A stretch of DNA of 64,000 nt from Lachnospiraceae bacterium (GTDB taxonomy: Bacteria > Bacillota > Clostridia > Lachnospirales > Lachnospiraceae): assembly GCA_024687745.1 (NCBI GenBank), contig JAILEM010000013.1:559-64558 (forward strand). Reading direction: 5' to 3'. Every line of letters begins with the position of its first letter. Positions within the stretch are counted from its first letter, which is position 1. The position numbers were made by a program, and so were the translations under genes. The notes under the pieces are model-generated. The model worked only from the letters and a program-made list of their open reading frames with translations, had not been told where the DNA came from and did no database searches. Shown here piece by piece: positions 39,701 to 48,794 of the stretch.

Positions 39701-41015
39701 GGGAGAGTTTATCGATGCCCTTTACAGTTATCTGGGAAGACGGAATCTTATCGGACTTTCAAGATATTATTTCAAACATGATATTGTAGATTTCTATGAA
39801 GACAAGGGTAACGGTCATTTCCTTAAAAGTGTTGTATATAATGCCAAGGAAAATTTTATGGCAGTATTAAATGCTTCAAATAAGGATGTCCTGAGAGTAA
39901 GATTACAGGAAATTGATGAAAGGCTGGGATCCGGTGAGGAGGTCGTATCTGAGGATCTCTTAGTCAAAGAAGAGAATAACGGAGAATTTAAGGAAAAATA
40001 TATCAGACATACATGTTATCTTATTAATGAAGACGAGATAGGAAGCTGTGCGATCGCCATTTCCGAAGATGTCACGGAAGAGTACAGGCATGGATACGGA
40101 AGATTCAGGGCAAGCCAGTATACTAAGATCATGAACATGAATGCGGAAATATATATCGAAGCGGATCTTACATCGAATTCCGTGATAAACAAGGATTGTA
40201 TTGAACCGCTTATGCCCTATGGAATAGGCAGAGATGCCAGTTACGACGATATAATGGTTGCATTCAAGTCAACGGTAGAGAAAGAAGATTATGATAAGGT
40301 AATAGGGACAGTAAACAGAAAAGAGCTGATAAGACAATACCGTCAGGGAAACACTTATATCTGCTTTGATTATATGGCAAGTACTCTTAAGGATCCAAGC
40401 TGGATGTGGTATCAGATAACTATAATACTTGGGGAGAATTCTCTTAACGGAAATATTATAGCGGGTATCAAGCTTGAGAAGACCAGGAGAACAAATACCG
40501 AAGGCATAACGGAAAAGGATTCTCTTACAGATCTCTACAGCAGAGTTATGTTTGAAAGAAAGATCAACAGGATAATCGAGGACAGGGGTAATGACGATAA
40601 GTATCTTGTGGCTATTATTGATGTTGATAATTTCAAACGGATAAATGACTGCTTCGGACATAATATAGGAGACAGCATCTTAAAGACCATATCAAGAGTT
40701 TTGATCGCGGATCTTCCGGAAAACTCCGTAATAGGAAGACTTGGCGGTGATGAGTTTGCTGCTTTTATCCCATCACTGGGATCAAGGGAGGAAACGGAAG
40801 CCATATTCAAAAGGATCAACGATGAGACTGTACTTGAGTTCGGGCTTGGACCGGGTGAAGATGAAAATCTTATAATAACGACTTCGATAGGAGTGGTCGT
40901 GTCAGATAAAAACGATATCACCTTCCATAAATTATATCCCAAGGCAGATATAGCCCTTAACCAGGCGAAGGAATCCGGAAAGAACACATACAAATTCTTT
41001 ATGGATATCTTCTGA
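36756..41015 (+). CDS. multidomain c-di-GMP turnover protein (REC-like, PAS, degenerate GGDEF, EAL, REC-like, PAS-like, GGDEF)
   Basis: EAL motifs EALVRW, DDFGSGFSSL, EGVET and QGYYF. The first cyclase-like domain has GRIESDHF in place of GGDEF. The terminal domain has RLGGDEF. ATG at 36756 lies downstream of the predicted TSS; the track GTG at 36708 is upstream of it. Confidence 0.85.
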   Translation: MNSKKAGILIYSKKRLEIESLKIYLELNYNVFLVENTKEVMNVLEAQDIDFLLMDISDETDDLLNFITGLKYSDEYHNLIICILHNDLSEELTLDAMQKGVSYCFDYPANPSLIDLTIKNLVISYVDDNKRRNEYYELQTFRMESILEVLNAGFIDLAQKEKYYIEFMGNKAATLLGVEPDEIEKSYLGYAFDDLIYHTDLGKFYSLVSNIFESGDARKEDIRIRKKNGNYYKFELIIKNVRYNRGTKILSVIIRQIEAGINDIDRELNVRGEHDSSKFDMLTEIYNKETFFVETAKMLDNNPNKEYILSIWDIDRFKAINEMLGSKKGDKLLVDFANFLKLNLDSDRCTYGRIESDHFVTCCSARFHEKADKNIRDVLSSHILWHTLDNTIFMHVGMYRMDASERDIAIACDRATMALHAIKDSYVYRMNFFSNEMRDALVTEQEIVKDSEQALENGDFFVMYQPIIDSRTKEIVSAEALVRWKKQDGTHIPPGVFIPTFEKNGFVTKIDQYVLNEVCTFQKNRINSGQRIVPISVNLSRMDFYDIDIYEKLMAMIDGYGLDNRAIKFEVTESAYMDQPQELMRVMDKLRKSGYQILMDDFGSGFSSLNMLKDFPVDVLKIDMKFMDSIDISERASNILYNIIRMAKSINMQIVAEGVETGNQYELLKSMNCDCIQGYYFYRPLMADDFSGRLSEHISLPQSKTEKMLYNILLLSEDEKKKNEIEEVFDQSVEVFRVDTCEDAEEYLKKTFANVNVIMVDIDSLREESLEFVNVMLLKPFYNDIPLLAFINRGQMDGFVDDYIRDETITDIIPVPYSRQLLRQRIRRTIDYYSVESERRAISILRRSVLLRQQVNSFFEDSEAGIARIILDRSEGLPVKEVSYINNGFLNLHMITLDEAMKADRLGELMPHVLFSELDSIDKSIRYAVNNNEAGFTKEQTIETNEGYTKSIIVSCSIKYKGDELQLDLVLIENTEATKHKTGEFIDALYSYLGRRNLIGLSRYYFKHDIVDFYEDKGNGHFLKSVVYNAKENFMAVLNASNKDVLRVRLQEIDERLGSGEEVVSEDLLVKEENNGEFKEKYIRHTCYLINEDEIGSCAIAISEDVTEEYRHGYGRFRASQYTKIMNMNAEIYIEADLTSNSVINKDCIEPLMPYGIGRDASYDDIMVAFKSTVEKEDYDKVIGTVNRKELIRQYRQGNTYICFDYMASTLKDPSWMWYQITIILGENSLNGNIIAGIKLEKTRRTNTEGITEKDSLTDLYSRVMFERKINRIIEDRGNDDKYLVAIIDVDNFKRINDCFGHNIGDSILKTISRVLIADLPENSVIGRLGGDEFAAFIPSLGSREETEAIFKRINDETVLEFGLGPGEDENLIITTSIGVVVSDKNDITFHKLYPKADIALNQAKESGKNTYKFFMDIF

Positions 41016-41124
41016 AAAAAGGGAAGGAACCCGGTATTAAAACAAAAGACCGGAAGAGAGATTAAAAGCAGTAACCGTTCTTATAATGGACGGTTATTGT
41101 TAAATATATAAAGGGGAAAGAAAA

Positions 41125-42411
41125 ATGTTAGATATTAAATTTGTCAGGGAAAATCCTGATGCGGTAAAACAAAACATAAGAAATAAGTTTCAGGATGAAA
41201 AGCTTCCGCTTGTCGATGAGGTCATAGAGCTGGATGCAAGGAACAGGAAGGCCAAGGCAGAGGCTGATTCCATAAGGGAACAGAGAAATAAGCTCTCTAA
41301 GGAGATCGGTGTTTTGATGAAAAACGGCGAAAAGGAAGAGGCAGAGAAGGTAAAGAAGCAGGTGGCCGCAAATGCCGAAAGGTTAAAGGAACTTGAGCAG
41401 GAGGAGGCTGAGTGTTCGGAGCTTCTTACAAAAAAAATGATGGTCATCCCCAATATGATAGACCCTTCTGTACCTATAGGGAAGGATGACAGCGAGAATG
41501 TTGAGGTGACAAAATACGGTGAACCGGTAGTCCCCGATTATGAGATACCGTATCATACTGATATAATGGAGAGATTTGACGGGATAGATCTCGACGCAGC
41601 GGGAAGAGTTGCAGGTAACGGATTTTATTATCTGATGGGTGACATAGCAAGGCTTCATTCAGCAGTTATAGCTTATGCGAGAGATTTTATGATAGACAGG
41701 GGATTTACTTACTGTGTACCCCCCTTTATGATCAGGTCAAATGTTGTTACAGGTGTTATGAGCTTTGCTGAAATGGATGCAATGATGTATAAGATAGAGG
41801 GAGAGGATCTTTACCTTATAGGTACCTCAGAGCATTCTATGATCGGAAAATTCATTGATACGATCACAGATGAAAAGGATCTGCCAAAGACTCTTACCAG
41901 CTATTCCCCCTGCTTTCGTAAGGAAAAGGGAGCTCACGGTATAGAGGAGAGAGGGGTATACAGGATCCATCAGTTTGAAAAACAGGAAATGATCGTTGTA
42001 TGCAAGCCGGAGGAGTCCGCCATGTGGTTTGATAAATTATGGCAAAATACCGTAGATCTTTTCAGATCCATGGATATCCCGGTAAGAACTCTTGAATGCT
42101 GTTCGGGGGATCTTGCCGATCTTAAGGTGAAGTCCTATGATGTGGAAGCCTGGTCTCCGAGACAGAAAAAGTATTTTGAAGTCGGTTCCTGCTCAAATCT
42201 CTCAGATGCGCAGGCAAGAAGATTAAAGATAAGGGTAAATTCGGAAAACGGTAAGTATTTTGCGCATACGCTCAATAATACCGTAGTTGCCCCTCCAAGG
42301 ATGCTCATAGCCTTTCTTGAAAATAATCTGAATGAAGACGGAAGTGTAAACATCCCTGTAGTCTTAAGACCCTACATGGGCGGAAAGGAAAAGCTCATTC
42401 CAAAGCACTGA
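41125..42411 (+). CDS. serS: serine--tRNA ligase
   Basis: N-terminal coiled-coil arm and class II core (FRKEKGAHG, RIHQFEKQE, GSCSN). Confidence 0.95.
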   Translation: MLDIKFVRENPDAVKQNIRNKFQDEKLPLVDEVIELDARNRKAKAEADSIREQRNKLSKEIGVLMKNGEKEEAEKVKKQVAANAERLKELEQEEAECSELLTKKMMVIPNMIDPSVPIGKDDSENVEVTKYGEPVVPDYEIPYHTDIMERFDGIDLDAAGRVAGNGFYYLMGDIARLHSAVIAYARDFMIDRGFTYCVPPFMIRSNVVTGVMSFAEMDAMMYKIEGEDLYLIGTSEHSMIGKFIDTITDEKDLPKTLTSYSPCFRKEKGAHGIEERGVYRIHQFEKQEMIVVCKPEESAMWFDKLWQNTVDLFRSMDIPVRTLECCSGDLADLKVKSYDVEAWSPRQKKYFEVGSCSNLSDAQARRLKIRVNSENGKYFAHTLNNTVVAPPRMLIAFLENNLNEDGSVNIPVVLRPYMGGKEKLIPKH

Positions 42412-42450
42412 GCATACCGACAAAATAATTTCCCGGAGATGATGTAAATT

Positions 42451-43350
42451 ATGGAAGAAAGAAGCAGCAGACTGGCTGTGCTGATAGATGCGGAAAATGT
42501 TTCCTTAAAATATATTAAATATATACTTGATGAAGTATCAAATTATGGTATGGCGACCTATAAAAGAGCATATGGTGACTGGACAAATCCCACAACATCA
42601 AACTGGAAAGAGGTAGTTCTGAAGAATTCGATAACCCCGATTCAGCAGTACAGCTACACCCAGGGGAAAAACTCCTCTGATTCCGCCATGATAATAGATG
42701 CCATGGATATTCTGTATACCGGTTCAGTGGAAGGATTCTGTATTGTGTCAAGTGACAGCGATTTTACAAAGCTTGCTGCAAGATTGAGGGAAGCGGGAAT
42801 GCTTGTGATCGGGATGGGCGAAAAAAAGACGGTAGAGGCCTTCCGTGCATCCTGTACCCAGTTTAAGTATCTTGAAATGCTTGCGGCTGAGGATCGTGAG
42901 GATGAAGACGGTGTTGATGCGGAAGAGATCGAAGAAACGATACTTAAGATAATTAACGATAACGAGGCAAATGACAGGGATACCTCGATAGGTGAGCTTG
43001 GGAATAAGATAATAAACAGACATGCGGATTTTGATGTCAGAAATTATGGATATTCAAAGCTTTCAAAGTTTCTGGAAAGCTTTAAAAGCTTGAGACTTGT
43101 GACAAGGGGAGACAGTATTTTTGTCTATCCCGCCGAGAGCGGTGTGAGCAGGGAGCATGTGGAAAACCTGGTCAAGAAGATCGTATCACCGGCTCCCGGA
43201 AAGACTATGATGCTTCCGGAATTAAAGCAGAAGATCGAAAGACAGATCCCGAAGTTTAATATAAGGGACTATAAGTATTCGAAGTTTTCGCAATTCATAA
43301 ATGATCTGGATGGAATGCATGTAAAGAATAATCAGGTTACTCTTGAGTGA
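42451..43350 (+). CDS. NYN (LabA-like PIN) nuclease domain protein with two OST-HTH/LOTUS domains
   Basis: NYN motifs AVLIDAENV and VSSDSDF. Two ~70-aa C-terminal repeats end in the YGYSKLSKFLES and YKYSKFSQFIND helices. Confidence 0.75.
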   Translation: MEERSSRLAVLIDAENVSLKYIKYILDEVSNYGMATYKRAYGDWTNPTTSNWKEVVLKNSITPIQQYSYTQGKNSSDSAMIIDAMDILYTGSVEGFCIVSSDSDFTKLAARLREAGMLVIGMGEKKTVEAFRASCTQFKYLEMLAAEDREDEDGVDAEEIEETILKIINDNEANDRDTSIGELGNKIINRHADFDVRNYGYSKLSKFLESFKSLRLVTRGDSIFVYPAESGVSREHVENLVKKIVSPAPGKTMMLPELKQKIERQIPKFNIRDYKYSKFSQFINDLDGMHVKNNQVTLE

Positions 43351-43367
43351 TATGGGGAAATGAGATA

Positions 43368-45215
43368 ATGAAGATTGGCATAATAGGGGCAGGAAATATT
43401 GCAACCACGATGGCGACAACATTACAATCGGTTAAGGGTGCCGAGTGTTATGCGGTAGCTGCCAGAGATATTAAAAGGGCAAGAGATTTTGCAAATAAAT
43501 ATGGCTTTTTAAAAGCATACGGAGCCTATTCCGATATGCTCTCAGATCCTGAGGTGGAACTGGTATATATAGCTACGCCTCATTCTCATCATTATGATCA
43601 TATTAAAATGTGTCTTGATCATGGCAAGCATGTTATATGCGAGAAGGCTTTTACAGCCAATGCCGCTCAGGCCCAGGAGGTCATACGGCTGGCTGAGGAA
43701 AGGGGTATTTTTATCACAGAAGCTATCTGGACAAGATATATGCCAATGAGAGAGACCATAAACCGGATCATAAAGAGCGGAATAATCGGTAATCCGACCT
43801 CGCTTTCGGCTAATCTCGGATATCCCCTTCAGCATATAAAAAGAATGGTAAAACTAGAGCTTGCGGGTGGAGCTCTTCTTGATCTTGGCGTCTATGTGAT
43901 CAATTTTGCTTCAATGGTATTCGGTGACGATATAAAAAGCATAATGGCCGAGTGTATCAAATATGATTCAGGTGTTGATGCACAGGAAACGATCATGTTT
44001 TCGTATGCTGATGGCAAGATGGCTTCTCTTTATGCCACAATGCTTGCGCAAACCGACAGGAGAGGTATAATCAACGGGACAAACGGATATATCGAAATAG
44101 AGAATATAAATAATTATGAATCTATCAGAGTATATAACCTTGAAAGAAGGATAATAGCCGAGCATGCCGCACCCCTTCAGATAACAGGGTATGAGTACGA
44201 GATCAATTCCGCGATGAGAGCAATAAGGGAGGGAAGGCTTGAATGTCCGGAAATGCCTCATTATGAGACCATAAGGATGATGCAGCTTATGGACAGTATG
44301 AGGGAGGCCTGGGGAATCCGTTTTCCGTTTGAGAACGAAAATGACGATGAGGCTGTACAAAAGAATCTGTCAGAGAAGGATAAGGGAGTTAATTCAGGCA
44401 AAGAAGGAAAGAAGAAGAATTCCAAGGGCTCCGTTCGTATGATTACGGAACAGACGGTCAGGGAGGGGACATCAAAGGAAATAGATGAAACCAATCTGAA
44501 GGCTTCAGACAGTAAAGGTCCATCAGGTGATCAGGAAATTGCCGATGACGAGATACAGAAAATGATAAGATCGATCCCCACACCTCCGATCGATAAAAGG
44601 GGAGAGAGTAAGAGGAAAAGAGCGGGAACTGCAGAGGATACCAAGCAGGTCGTTCAGTATATGAGCAAGCCGGTTGAAGAGATCAAGTCAAGACCTAAGG
44701 GAATGAGAGCTGAAAGTCTTGATGAGATGAGGGAAAAGCTTAATGAGGCAAGCGATCAGACCTTCAGCGACGAGGAAGGAAATAAGGCCTTCTTGGGAGA
44801 TATAGTTCCGGGTAAGGAAAAGGAAAGAGCAGGCAGGATAGAATTTATAGATGAAGGAGTGGCGGATGAGCTGCTCATGATGAGGGAAAAAGAGGCCGGA
44901 TCGGAAAAGGTAGCTGTGAAATATAAGGTTTCTCCTCCTAAAGCCGGGAAAGATGTTCTCTCAACAGCCAGAGAGAGTAAAGATATTGGCAAAGATAAGA
45001 ACCTGTCCGAAAAGAAGGATGAGTCTCCATCCCTTAAAGCGGTTGATGAAAAGAAGGAAAAGCCGATAGAAACTGTTGTGGATGACTCTCTTAAGAGCTA
45101 TGCCGAGGAACCAAGGAAAAGATCTGTCATAGGGAGATTCTTTGATTCCGTATTTAAAGGAGAGGGAACCGAAGACGGGCTGGTTGACGAGGATGAATAC
45201 AGGGAAGATGAATAA
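43368..45215 (+). CDS. Gfo/Idh/MocA-family oxidoreductase fused to a ~290-aa charged low-complexity tail
   Basis: Rossmann motif MKIGIIGAGNIA and the EKAF motif. The domain ends near ...AWGIRFPFENE (~44350). The remainder is K/E/D/S-rich with no stop codon. Confidence 0.8.
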   Translation: MKIGIIGAGNIATTMATTLQSVKGAECYAVAARDIKRARDFANKYGFLKAYGAYSDMLSDPEVELVYIATPHSHHYDHIKMCLDHGKHVICEKAFTANAAQAQEVIRLAEERGIFITEAIWTRYMPMRETINRIIKSGIIGNPTSLSANLGYPLQHIKRMVKLELAGGALLDLGVYVINFASMVFGDDIKSIMAECIKYDSGVDAQETIMFSYADGKMASLYATMLAQTDRRGIINGTNGYIEIENINNYESIRVYNLERRIIAEHAAPLQITGYEYEINSAMRAIREGRLECPEMPHYETIRMMQLMDSMREAWGIRFPFENENDDEAVQKNLSEKDKGVNSGKEGKKKNSKGSVRMITEQTVREGTSKEIDETNLKASDSKGPSGDQEIADDEIQKMIRSIPTPPIDKRGESKRKRAGTAEDTKQVVQYMSKPVEEIKSRPKGMRAESLDEMREKLNEASDQTFSDEEGNKAFLGDIVPGKEKERAGRIEFIDEGVADELLMMREKEAGSEKVAVKYKVSPPKAGKDVLSTARESKDIGKDKNLSEKKDESPSLKAVDEKKEKPIETVVDDSLKSYAEEPRKRSVIGRFFDSVFKGEGTEDGLVDEDEYREDE

Positions 45216-45225
45216 AACTGCAATA

Positions 45226-45262
45226 AAAAACTGCCGACATGACGGTATCGGCAGAAATTTAT
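45226..45262. terminator. bidirectional terminator between convergent genes
   Basis: CTGCCGA/TCGGCAG stem flanked by A6 upstream and AAATTT downstream. It lies between the oxidoreductase (+) and rpsT (-). Confidence 0.7.
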
Positions 45263-45288
45263 CTGATCTATATCCTGTTTGATGTGAT

Positions 45289-45552
45289 CTATGAAAGTGC
45301 GTTCACAGCTCTGGTCATTCTTGAAATCTTTCTTGAAACTGTATTTTTGTGATATACACCTTTTGTACAAGCCTTGCTCATCTCACTTATCGCGTCGTTC
45401 AAAGCGGTAGTTGCAAGTGCCTTGTCTTCAGCTTCTATAGCGGCATAAACCTTTTTGATATAAGTCTTTACCCTTGACCTTATAGCTTTGTTACGCTCGG
45501 TTCTTTTGTTGATCACAAGGATCCTCTTCTTTGCAGATTTAATATTTGCCAT
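45289..45552 (-). CDS. rpsT: 30S ribosomal protein S20
   Basis: MANIKSAKKRI... preceded by a TAGGAGGTG RBS. The track start at 45645 adds 31 non-conserved residues and lies in the leader. Confidence 0.95.
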   Translation of the reverse strand: MANIKSAKKRILVINKRTERNKAIRSRVKTYIKKVYAAIEAEDKALATTALNDAISEMSKACTKGVYHKNTVSRKISRMTRAVNALS

Positions 45553-45651
45553 GATTACACCTCCTATTACCCAAGAGTGGATCCTAAGTCTTAAGGATCC
45601 CGAAGGTGCGTATAATCCCGGACACGGACGATATTCTACGCACACTACGTT

Positions 45652-45680
45652 ATTTTAGTTATAAAAAGGGATATTGTCAA
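45652..45680 (-). promoter_or_regulatory. sigma-A promoter of rpsT
   Basis: On the minus strand: TTGACA (45680-45675), 17-nt spacer, TAAAAT (45657-45652). Confidence 0.7.
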
Positions 45681-45751
45681 GGGTTAGTTTGGAATAATAA
45701 GCATAAATAAGTGAATTACGGAAATTATAAAAACAGATGAGGAGAATAAAA

Positions 45752-47569
45752 ATGAAAAACAACGGGCAGGACAGAATAAGAAATTTCTGCATAATAGCAC
45801 ATATAGATCATGGAAAATCAACGCTTGCCGACAGGATAATAGAAAGCACAGGACTTTTGACGAGCAGGGAGATGCAGGCACAGGTCCTTGATAATATGGA
45901 TCTTGAAAGGGAGAGAGGGATCACGATAAAATCCCAGGCTGTAAGGACTATATATAAAGCGAAGGATGGAAATGAATATATTTTTAATCTGATAGATACC
46001 CCGGGACATGTGGATTTTAATTATGAAGTCTCAAGAAGTCTGGCTGCCTGTGACGGTGCCATTCTTGTGGTAGATGCCGCTCAGGGAATAGAGGCTCAGA
46101 CACTTGCAAATGTATATCTGGCGCTTGATCATGATCTGGATGTTTTTCCGGTGATCAATAAGATAGATCTTCCAAGTGCAGAGCCAGACAGGGTTGAAGC
46201 AGAGATAGAGGATGTGATCGGGATAGAAGCTCATGATGCGCCAAGGATCTCCGCAAAGCTTGGAACAGGGATAGATGAAGTGCTTGAACAGATCGTTTCA
46301 AAGATCCCCGCTCCATCGGGAGATATCAATGCCCCCTTAAAGGCACTGATATTTGACTCTGTATATGATTCGTATAAGGGAGCTATAGTATTTATCAGAG
46401 TTATGGATGGAAGTATAAAAAAAGGGACTCCGGTTAAGATGATCGCGACCGATGCTTCGTTTGAGGTCGTCGAGGTGGGATACTTCGGGGCCGGTGTATT
46501 TATACCATGTGAAGAACTGTCGGCGGGAATGGTAGGATACTTTACGGCAAGCATAAAGAATGTATCCGATACAAGAGTCGGGGATACCGTTACTGATTCC
46601 GAAAACCCGTGTGACCATGCACTTCCCGGATACAAAAAAGTCCTTTCCATGGTATATTGCGGAATGTACCCTGCCGACGGTGCCAAATACCCCGATCTGA
46701 GGGACGCTCTTGAAAAGCTCAAGCTTAACGATGCTTCACTGAATTATGAACCGGAAACCTCTATAGCTCTCGGGTTTGGGTTCAGATGCGGATTTCTCGG
46801 CCTTTTGCATCTTGAGGTGGTACAGGAGAGGCTTGAGAGAGAATATAATCTTGATCTTGTAACAACAGCTCCCGGCGTTATATATAAGGTATATAAAACT
46901 AACGGGGAGGTGATCGAGCTTACAAATCCCTCAAACCTTCCCGATCCCTCGGAGATAGATTATATGGAGGAGCCTGTAGTGAAAGCGGAAATAATGGTAA
47001 CAAAGGATTATGTCGGGCCTATAATGGAGCTGTGCCAGGAAAGAAGAGGGAGATACGTCAGCATGGAGTATATTGAAGCCTCCAGGGCACTCATTAATTA
47101 CGAGCTTCCCCTTAACGAGATAATATATGATTTTTTTGACGCATTAAAGTCAAGGTCAAGAGGGTATGCCTCCTTTGATTATGAACTTAAAGGGTATGAA
47201 AGGGCAAGTCTTGTCAAGCTCGATATCCTTGTAAACCATGAGGAGGTAGATGCGCTCTCCTTCATAGTTCATGCCGATACGGCGTACGAGCGCGGAAGGA
47301 AGATGTGCGAGAAGCTTAAGGAGGAGATACCCAGACATCTTTTTGAGATACCTGTCCAGGCGGCTGTAGGAGGCAAGATCATCGCAAGAGAGACTATAAA
47401 GGCGATGCGTAAGGATGTCCTTGCCAAGTGCTACGGTGGTGATATAACCAGAAAGAAAAAGCTTTTGGAGAAGCAAAAGGAAGGAAAAAAGAGGATGCGC
47501 CAGATCGGAAGTGTGGAAATTCCGCAAAAGGCGTTTATGTCGGTTCTGAAGCTGGATGATGATAAATAA
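45752..47569 (+). CDS. lepA: translation elongation factor 4 (LepA)
   Basis: Motifs [21 protein letters not shown] and NKID, plus the LepA C-terminal domain. ATG at 45752 follows a GAGGAG RBS. Confidence 0.95.
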   Translation: MKNNGQDRIRNFCIIAHIDHGKSTLADRIIESTGLLTSREMQAQVLDNMDLERERGITIKSQAVRTIYKAKDGNEYIFNLIDTPGHVDFNYEVSRSLAACDGAILVVDAAQGIEAQTLANVYLALDHDLDVFPVINKIDLPSAEPDRVEAEIEDVIGIEAHDAPRISAKLGTGIDEVLEQIVSKIPAPSGDINAPLKALIFDSVYDSYKGAIVFIRVMDGSIKKGTPVKMIATDASFEVVEVGYFGAGVFIPCEELSAGMVGYFTASIKNVSDTRVGDTVTDSENPCDHALPGYKKVLSMVYCGMYPADGAKYPDLRDALEKLKLNDASLNYEPETSIALGFGFRCGFLGLLHLEVVQERLEREYNLDLVTTAPGVIYKVYKTNGEVIELTNPSNLPDPSEIDYMEEPVVKAEIMVTKDYVGPIMELCQERRGRYVSMEYIEASRALINYELPLNEIIYDFFDALKSRSRGYASFDYELKGYERASLVKLDILVNHEEVDALSFIVHADTAYERGRKMCEKLKEEIPRHLFEIPVQAAVGGKIIARETIKAMRKDVLAKCYGGDITRKKKLLEKQKEGKKRMRQIGSVEIPQKAFMSVLKLDDDK

Positions 47570-48737
47570 TGGTGAGAGTAAAAAGAGGATGGGTCTGTAC
47601 ATCCACCTTCCTTTTTGCGTAAGAAAATGTAATTACTGTGATTTTGTATCCGGCATATATGACGACGGGGTAAAGAAGGAATATGTCAGGGCTCTTCTTA
47701 AGGAGATAGGATCCCTTGACAGGAAATATGATACGGATCTTTCGGATACTGAGATCGAAACTGTCTATTTTGGCGGAGGTACACCGGGTTCGATAAACGC
47801 AAGCTTTATCGAAAATATAATGAATACGGTCAGGGATAATTTAAGGGTAAGAGATGATGCGGAAATAAGCATAGAGATAAATCCCGGGATAGTCGATGAT
47901 GAAAAGCTTAGGATCTATAAGGCTAACGGTATAAACAGGATAAGCATTGGCCTTCAGTCCGCAAATGACGATGAACTGAAGCTCCTTGGAAGGATACATA
48001 CCTACAGGGACTTTGAGGAGTGCTATGATATGGTAAGAAACCGAGGTTTTGATAATGTAAGCGTTGATATTATCACCGCTCTTCCCGACCAGAGCATGGA
48101 AATGCTTGATAACACTCTTGACAGGCTTACAAGGAAGGACCCGGAACACATCAGTGCGTACAGTCTTATTATTGAAGAGGGGACACCTTTTTACAAGCTG
48201 TACGGGGAGGGTGGAAGTAAAAGAGAAATGCTGCTCTGTGAGGATGAAGAGAGAAGAATGTATTATCATACAGAAAGACTCCTTTCGGAATACGGATATG
48301 AGCGATACGAGATATCAAATTTTGCAAAGCCCGGATACAGGAGCAGGCACAATATATCCTACTGGAAAAGGATACCTTATATTGGCGCAGGTCTTTGTGC
48401 GGCTGGATTGATAAACGAGGTAAGATACAAAAATACCGACGATATGGGGAAATATATTGCGCACTCAGATGACTTGCTGAGTATCGATGAAAGGATAGTG
48501 ATCAACCGGGAGGAACAGATGGATGAGACTGTCTTTCTCGGCCTGAGAATGACAGATGGTGTGGATATCGGGAATTTTTCCGACCGGTTTGGGGTATCAC
48601 TTAAGGAAAGATATAAAAAGGAGATCGATAAGCTCTGCGATCAGGAATTGATAACGATCGATGAAAGGATTCTTAAACTGACATCTAAGGGAATTGACTA
48701 CGGGAATTATGTATTTTCATGTTTTTATAATATTTAG
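47556..48737 (+). CDS. hemW: radical SAM heme chaperone HemW (HemN-like)
   Basis: CxxxCxxC cluster ([11 protein letters not shown]) and the conserved position after lepA. The start could be 47556 or 47589. Confidence 0.85.
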   Translation: MMINNGESKKRMGLYIHLPFCVRKCNYCDFVSGIYDDGVKKEYVRALLKEIGSLDRKYDTDLSDTEIETVYFGGGTPGSINASFIENIMNTVRDNLRVRDDAEISIEINPGIVDDEKLRIYKANGINRISIGLQSANDDELKLLGRIHTYRDFEECYDMVRNRGFDNVSVDIITALPDQSMEMLDNTLDRLTRKDPEHISAYSLIIEEGTPFYKLYGEGGSKREMLLCEDEERRMYYHTERLLSEYGYERYEISNFAKPGYRSRHNISYWKRIPYIGAGLCAAGLINEVRYKNTDDMGKYIAHSDDLLSIDERIVINREEQMDETVFLGLRMTDGVDIGNFSDRFGVSLKERYKKEIDKLCDQELITIDERILKLTSKGIDYGNYVFSCFYNI

Positions 48738-48794
48738 GGTGTGTTATAATATTTTGTAGTCACAGTTTATGTATATTTAAAGAGGGAAGGGTAT

